A program made the position numbers and the translations under genes. Shown piece by piece: positions 61,562-64,000 of a DNA stretch of 64,000 nt (the stretch's first letter is position 1; every line of letters starts with the position of its first letter). Origin of the DNA: Paraspadella gotoi. Its lineage: Eukaryota; Animalia; Chaetognatha. The DNA is taken from positions 180,721-244,720 of the forward strand of contig CM119271.1 in NCBI GenBank assembly GCA_051294375.1, given 5' to 3'. The notes under the pieces are model-generated. The model had not been told where the DNA came from. It searched no databases and saw only the letters and a program-made list of their open reading frames with translations.

Positions 61562-62623
61562 CTCATCTTTTCTTCCATCCTCTCCTCCTTGTCCACCCTC
61601 TCTTCCAGCGCCGCCGCCTTCTTCTCCATCTCCTCGGCAAACCCCATCACGTCGTCGAGTCGCGCCACCAACTTTCGGTTGACGCGCTCCAGTCCCGCGT
61701 AGCGCGCCGCCCAGTCTTTCAGCGACGCCTCCAACCCGCGAGTCCGTCTGTCCGTTTCTTCGTCGTCCTCGTCGGCGTCGTCGATGGCGCGCCGGCCGCG
61801 AGAGTCGTTCTTGGAGACGCGGCGCCGAGCCGGAGATCCGGTAAAAGTATTTTTCTTGACGGGCGACTGGGACACCTCGGGACGCCGCGTTCCACGTCGC
61901 GAAGCCTCGTCGGCGACGCCTTCCGTCCCTGCTACTGGTGCTAATGGTGCTGCTGCTCCAGCTGCTACAGATCCTCCCCCTTTTCTCTCCAACTCCTCCC
62001 TCAGCTCCCGAATCTCCTCCTCGTAGTAATCGCGCAGATCAGCCAAGTGACGCGCGTGCTTTTCACGCAAGTTGATTCGGTCCGAGGACGAGTTGGAGGC
62101 GCCGACGACGACGACGCCGGGGCAGGATTCGACATAGGACGACCCGGTGGAGCGGGGCGACGCCGCTGCCGCGGAAATGGAGGGAGTCGTGGAGGAAGCG
62201 TCGACGCTGCGGTGGGAGGGATAAAGCGGTGCCAGTTCGACGGCTTCGAGAAGATAATCGGGAAGAGGAGCGAGAGGAGGAAAGGGGGCGTGGCCATCGG
62301 CGTTGAGATCAAAAGAGTCGAAAGAAGAGCGAAGACGAGCGGCGGCGTCGTCCTCTCGGCGTCGTGGGTTGGAAGCGGCGTCGACCACGAGTTCGATGGA
62401 ATCGCGCCGAAATCGAGGGACGAAACCGGCGTCGTCGTCTCGTTCTTCGTCGAGGGAGTCGGCGTTGAAGACGATCGGCGGTGGGCGTGCCGACGCCGTT
62501 GAAGAGGACGCGGACGCAGGAGGAGAGGCTTCGACCTCATCGACGCCATTGTTGGCGGCGTCGAAAGTGAAGGATCTTTGCGCGAGACGAAAGGAGTGAC
62601 GGGCGCTGAGCTCTTCACGTAAT
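61562..62623 (-). CDS. MPHOSPH9: MPHOSPH9-like large exon containing NLREKHARHLADLRDYYEEEIRELREEL and the start of the coiled coil
   Basis: ORF 61558..62748; catCAG acceptor, GTGAGT donor, phase 2-2. Confidence 0.85.
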
Positions 62624-63429
62624 CTGATGGGATCGAGGTTATTTTGCGTATTAAATAGAGTATAGTGCAAGAGTATAAAAAAATAAAGATAAAAATTAAC
62701 AAATCTAACGGTGAACTGTCGGGGGTAGAAAAAAAATCTTTCCGCCAAAAAAATAAATTAAGTTCAAATATATAATTTTTTTTTTGTTTCGTCCTTCAAT
62801 CTGAGCGCGAACTTTACAAAAAACCGATGATGATGTTTCTCGAGTTTGAGTCTCGTTGATTTAAACCAACGACGCAGGAAAATGAAAAGACGCTTTTTAG
62901 CCTTGAAAGTCGCGTTTCGATTGATATATTTAATTTTAAACATTTAAAAGGTTAGATTTCAATTGAGTATTTACAAGTACCTTTTTGTTTTTAATACAAG
63001 GGAAAACAATTCTATTTCTGCAACATTTTGTTTAACAAAATAAAATTGTTTTCACTCATTTTTGAAAATACGCTTACATGCTTCAAGCAAATATTCGCTC
63101 TTAATCATCGCGAGTAAACAAACAACCATTTTAAACTAATATTCCAAAAAAATAAAAATTTACTTAACAGTCGCCGAAGGCCACTTTAATAAAAAAACGA
63201 CCTTCCAATTCGCAGTATTTCATTTAATTAATCTCCGTCTTCCTCTCAACTTGGCGCTGATTCCTTTTTTTTATAACTCTCTCTCTCTCTCTCTCGCTCT
63301 CTTCCTCGCAATTCCAAAGACATTCAAAACTGGTTCCAAGCTTCTTTTTCTCATTCTTTCTCTAAATCATTCAACGGAACAAAGAAACTTCTAAAACTGT
63401 CGCCTGAAAGGCAGAAGAAAGAGGATGAA

Positions 63430-63489
<60 letters not shown>

Positions 63490-63497
63490 CAACTCAC

Positions 63498-64000
63498 CTC
63501 AGAGCGGCTTTTCTATCGTCAGAAGTCGACTTCCTCAGATAAGCTCTAATGGGGGTTTCGTTTTCGATTCGCCCGTCCACTTCTCCGTCCAGCGGACGAC
63601 ATCCGTTCGTTTTCGTCCCTCCTCCTCCTCCTCCTCCTTTCTCCTCGCCCAGGTCACTCCGACCTCCGTTCCTCCTCCGCGAGGATCGATCATCCTTTTG
63701 CTTTTCCAAAGCTCGAGAATCCAAAACCAAAAGGTTTCCGTTGGATTTTTTCTCCGGAAGATAACATGAGTCATCGTCGTCGTCGTCATCGTCGTCTATT
63801 CGGAGATCGACCTTTTCCTCGACGAGCCTTTGCGGGGAGGAGGTTGAAGAGCACCCCGCTGCCGCCACCGCCTCCGCAACATCGGGAGACACGGACAACG
63901 ACTGGAGATGATAGGATGACGAAGGCGGCGTCCGCTTCGTCTTGGAGGATTTACCGAAGGGCGACTTGAAGCTGGCGTCGAGGTGGGCTTGCTTGGAGGG
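63498..64000 (-). CDS. MPHOSPH9: MPHOSPH9-like exon, truncated by the window edge
   Basis: Frame open to 64000; AG|GTGAGT donor in phase 2 matching the next exon. Confidence 0.75.

Larger units (their letters stand above)
43408..64000 (-). other. MPHOSPH9: Gene span (5'-partial) of an M-phase phosphoprotein 9-like centriolar coiled-coil protein, 10 exons visible
   Basis: Phase-consistent exon chain. Three segments resemble, from my recollection, vertebrate MPHOSPH9: NLREKHARHLADLRDYYEEEI, ASESRLVNCQSQLSD...LELDLRRLERE, and the C-terminal coiled coil. Confidence 0.8.

Overview
Eukaryotic (most likely invertebrate animal) genomic DNA with AT-rich introns and GC/CpG-rich exons. All coding signal is on the minus strand, and the ORF track shows only exon fragments and antisense shadows. 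I chained exons manually using GT/AG boundaries and reading phase, which gives two genes. (1) The 3' ten exons of an MPHOSPH9-like coiled-coil gene (>64000 to 43408), recognised from the KHARHLADLRDYYEEEI motif and the C-terminal RLDVVEKEMGRTRMVLRSYNVLR motif. (2) An unrecognised ~40-kb, ~24-exon gene (~42.1 kb to 2139). It has a disordered N-terminal half with a duplicated basic/acidic two-exon module, a possible early alternative stop, two giant phase-symmetric exons (3.8 kb and ~3 kb, the latter ~1000 aa of ER/K single-alpha-helix-type sequence) and a Ser/Gly tail with GGSTI repeats. Introns carry Helentron/DINE-1-like (HINE) elements, TA-flanked MITEs, a SINE-like dispersed repeat, minisatellites, a degenerate twister-like and a hammerhead-like motif, and a perfect 54-bp palindrome. 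Two tandem duplications flank 25-N gaps and are probably assembly or haplotype artefacts. All gene models are hand-derived and need RNA-seq confirmation.
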